In this document: piece after piece, positions 63,342-64,000 of the stretch
How positions within the stretch are numbered: the stretch's first letter is position 1
Layout: every line of letters begins with the position of its first letter
Made by a program: the position numbers and the translations under genes
Source: Octopus sinensis
Taxonomy: Eukaryota
DNA length: 64,000 bases
Direction of reading: 5' to 3'
NCBI RefSeq assembly: GCF_006345805.1
Contig: NC_043003.1
Coordinates: 47,244,001-47,308,000, forward strand
Notes under the pieces: generated by a model
What the model was told of the DNA's origin: nothing
What the model saw: the letters and a program-made list of their open reading frames with translations, nothing else
Database searches by the model: none

Positions 63342-64000
63342 CATCATCATCATCATCATCATTTAATGTCTGTTTTCCATGCTGGCATGGATCGGATGGT
63401 TTAACAGGAACTGGCCAGCTGAAGAGCTGCCTGGGCTCCACATCTGTTTGGGCATGGTTTCTAGTTGGGTGCCCTTCCTAGTGTCAACCACTTCACAGAG
63501 TGTAATGGGTGCTTTTATGTGGCACAGGCACAGGTGCTTTCTCACGTGGCACTAGCATCCATGAGCCCCACAAGAGTTAGGATCACTCAGCTACAGAGGG
63601 ATGTAGGGGACATACCTGTATGCAAGGACAACCATGATTTTACTTAGCTTGACCACGTCTTCTCAAGCACAACAAACAATCAGAAGTCTTGGTCCCTTGT
63701 CATCCCCTCTATGAGGCTTAACATCTGAAAATCCTTTCTCACCATTTCAGATCACATCTTTCCGGGTCTACCCTTTCCACACGTTTCCTCCACGTTTAGA
63801 GATCGGCACTTTTTTAAGCAGCTGTCCTCATCCATTTGCATTACATGAATGTACTGGTGCAGTCTTCTCTCTTGCACACTATATCTGATGCCTCACATAC
63901 CCAGTTTTTCTCACAAAACACTTACACGCTGTTGTATATGCACACTGATATTACCCATCCAGCTGGCTTCATTTCTTTCAAACCTTCCCATGTCTTCAGC
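63342..64000 (-). mobile_element. RTE-clade LINE 3' end (runs off the window) with (TGA)n tail
   Basis: Minus strand encodes a decayed RTE C-terminus (QERRLH...CGKGRPGK), then 3' UTR and the CCATGCCAGCATGGAAAACAGACATTAAA(TGA)n tail. Confidence 0.82.

Overview
AT-rich, intron-rich animal genomic DNA. The SINE/LINE repertoire looks like an octopus (coleoid cephalopod); this is recognition from memory, not a search. There are two convergent host genes. (1) A complete 13-coding-exon methionine aminopeptidase 1 (METAP1) on +, 5962-35932, 373 aa after manual splicing, all introns GT-AG and in phase. (2) An ankyrin-repeat/SOCS-box (ASB-like) gene on -, with a 1.2-kb terminal coding exon (46245-47454), a 66-nt exon (47992-48057) and a candidate start exon near 61.4 kb. 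The rest is transposon-derived: a full-length decayed Tc1-type element with DD36E spacing, a decayed mariner, a foldback mariner derivative, TTAA- and GATCTTTT-type MITEs, CR1/L2-clade and RTE LINE fragments, a Penelope-like RT relic and many tRNA-derived SINEs. The most interesting unexplained signal is a set of minimal type-I hammerhead ribozyme motifs (CUGANGA...GAAA...NUH with closing stems). They sit in short palindromes (16.1 kb, 54.2 kb) and in a ~290-bp unit present twice (35.3 kb, 38.5 kb), which suggests Penelope/retrozyme-like elements. All coordinates were counted by hand; no alignment or folding program was run.
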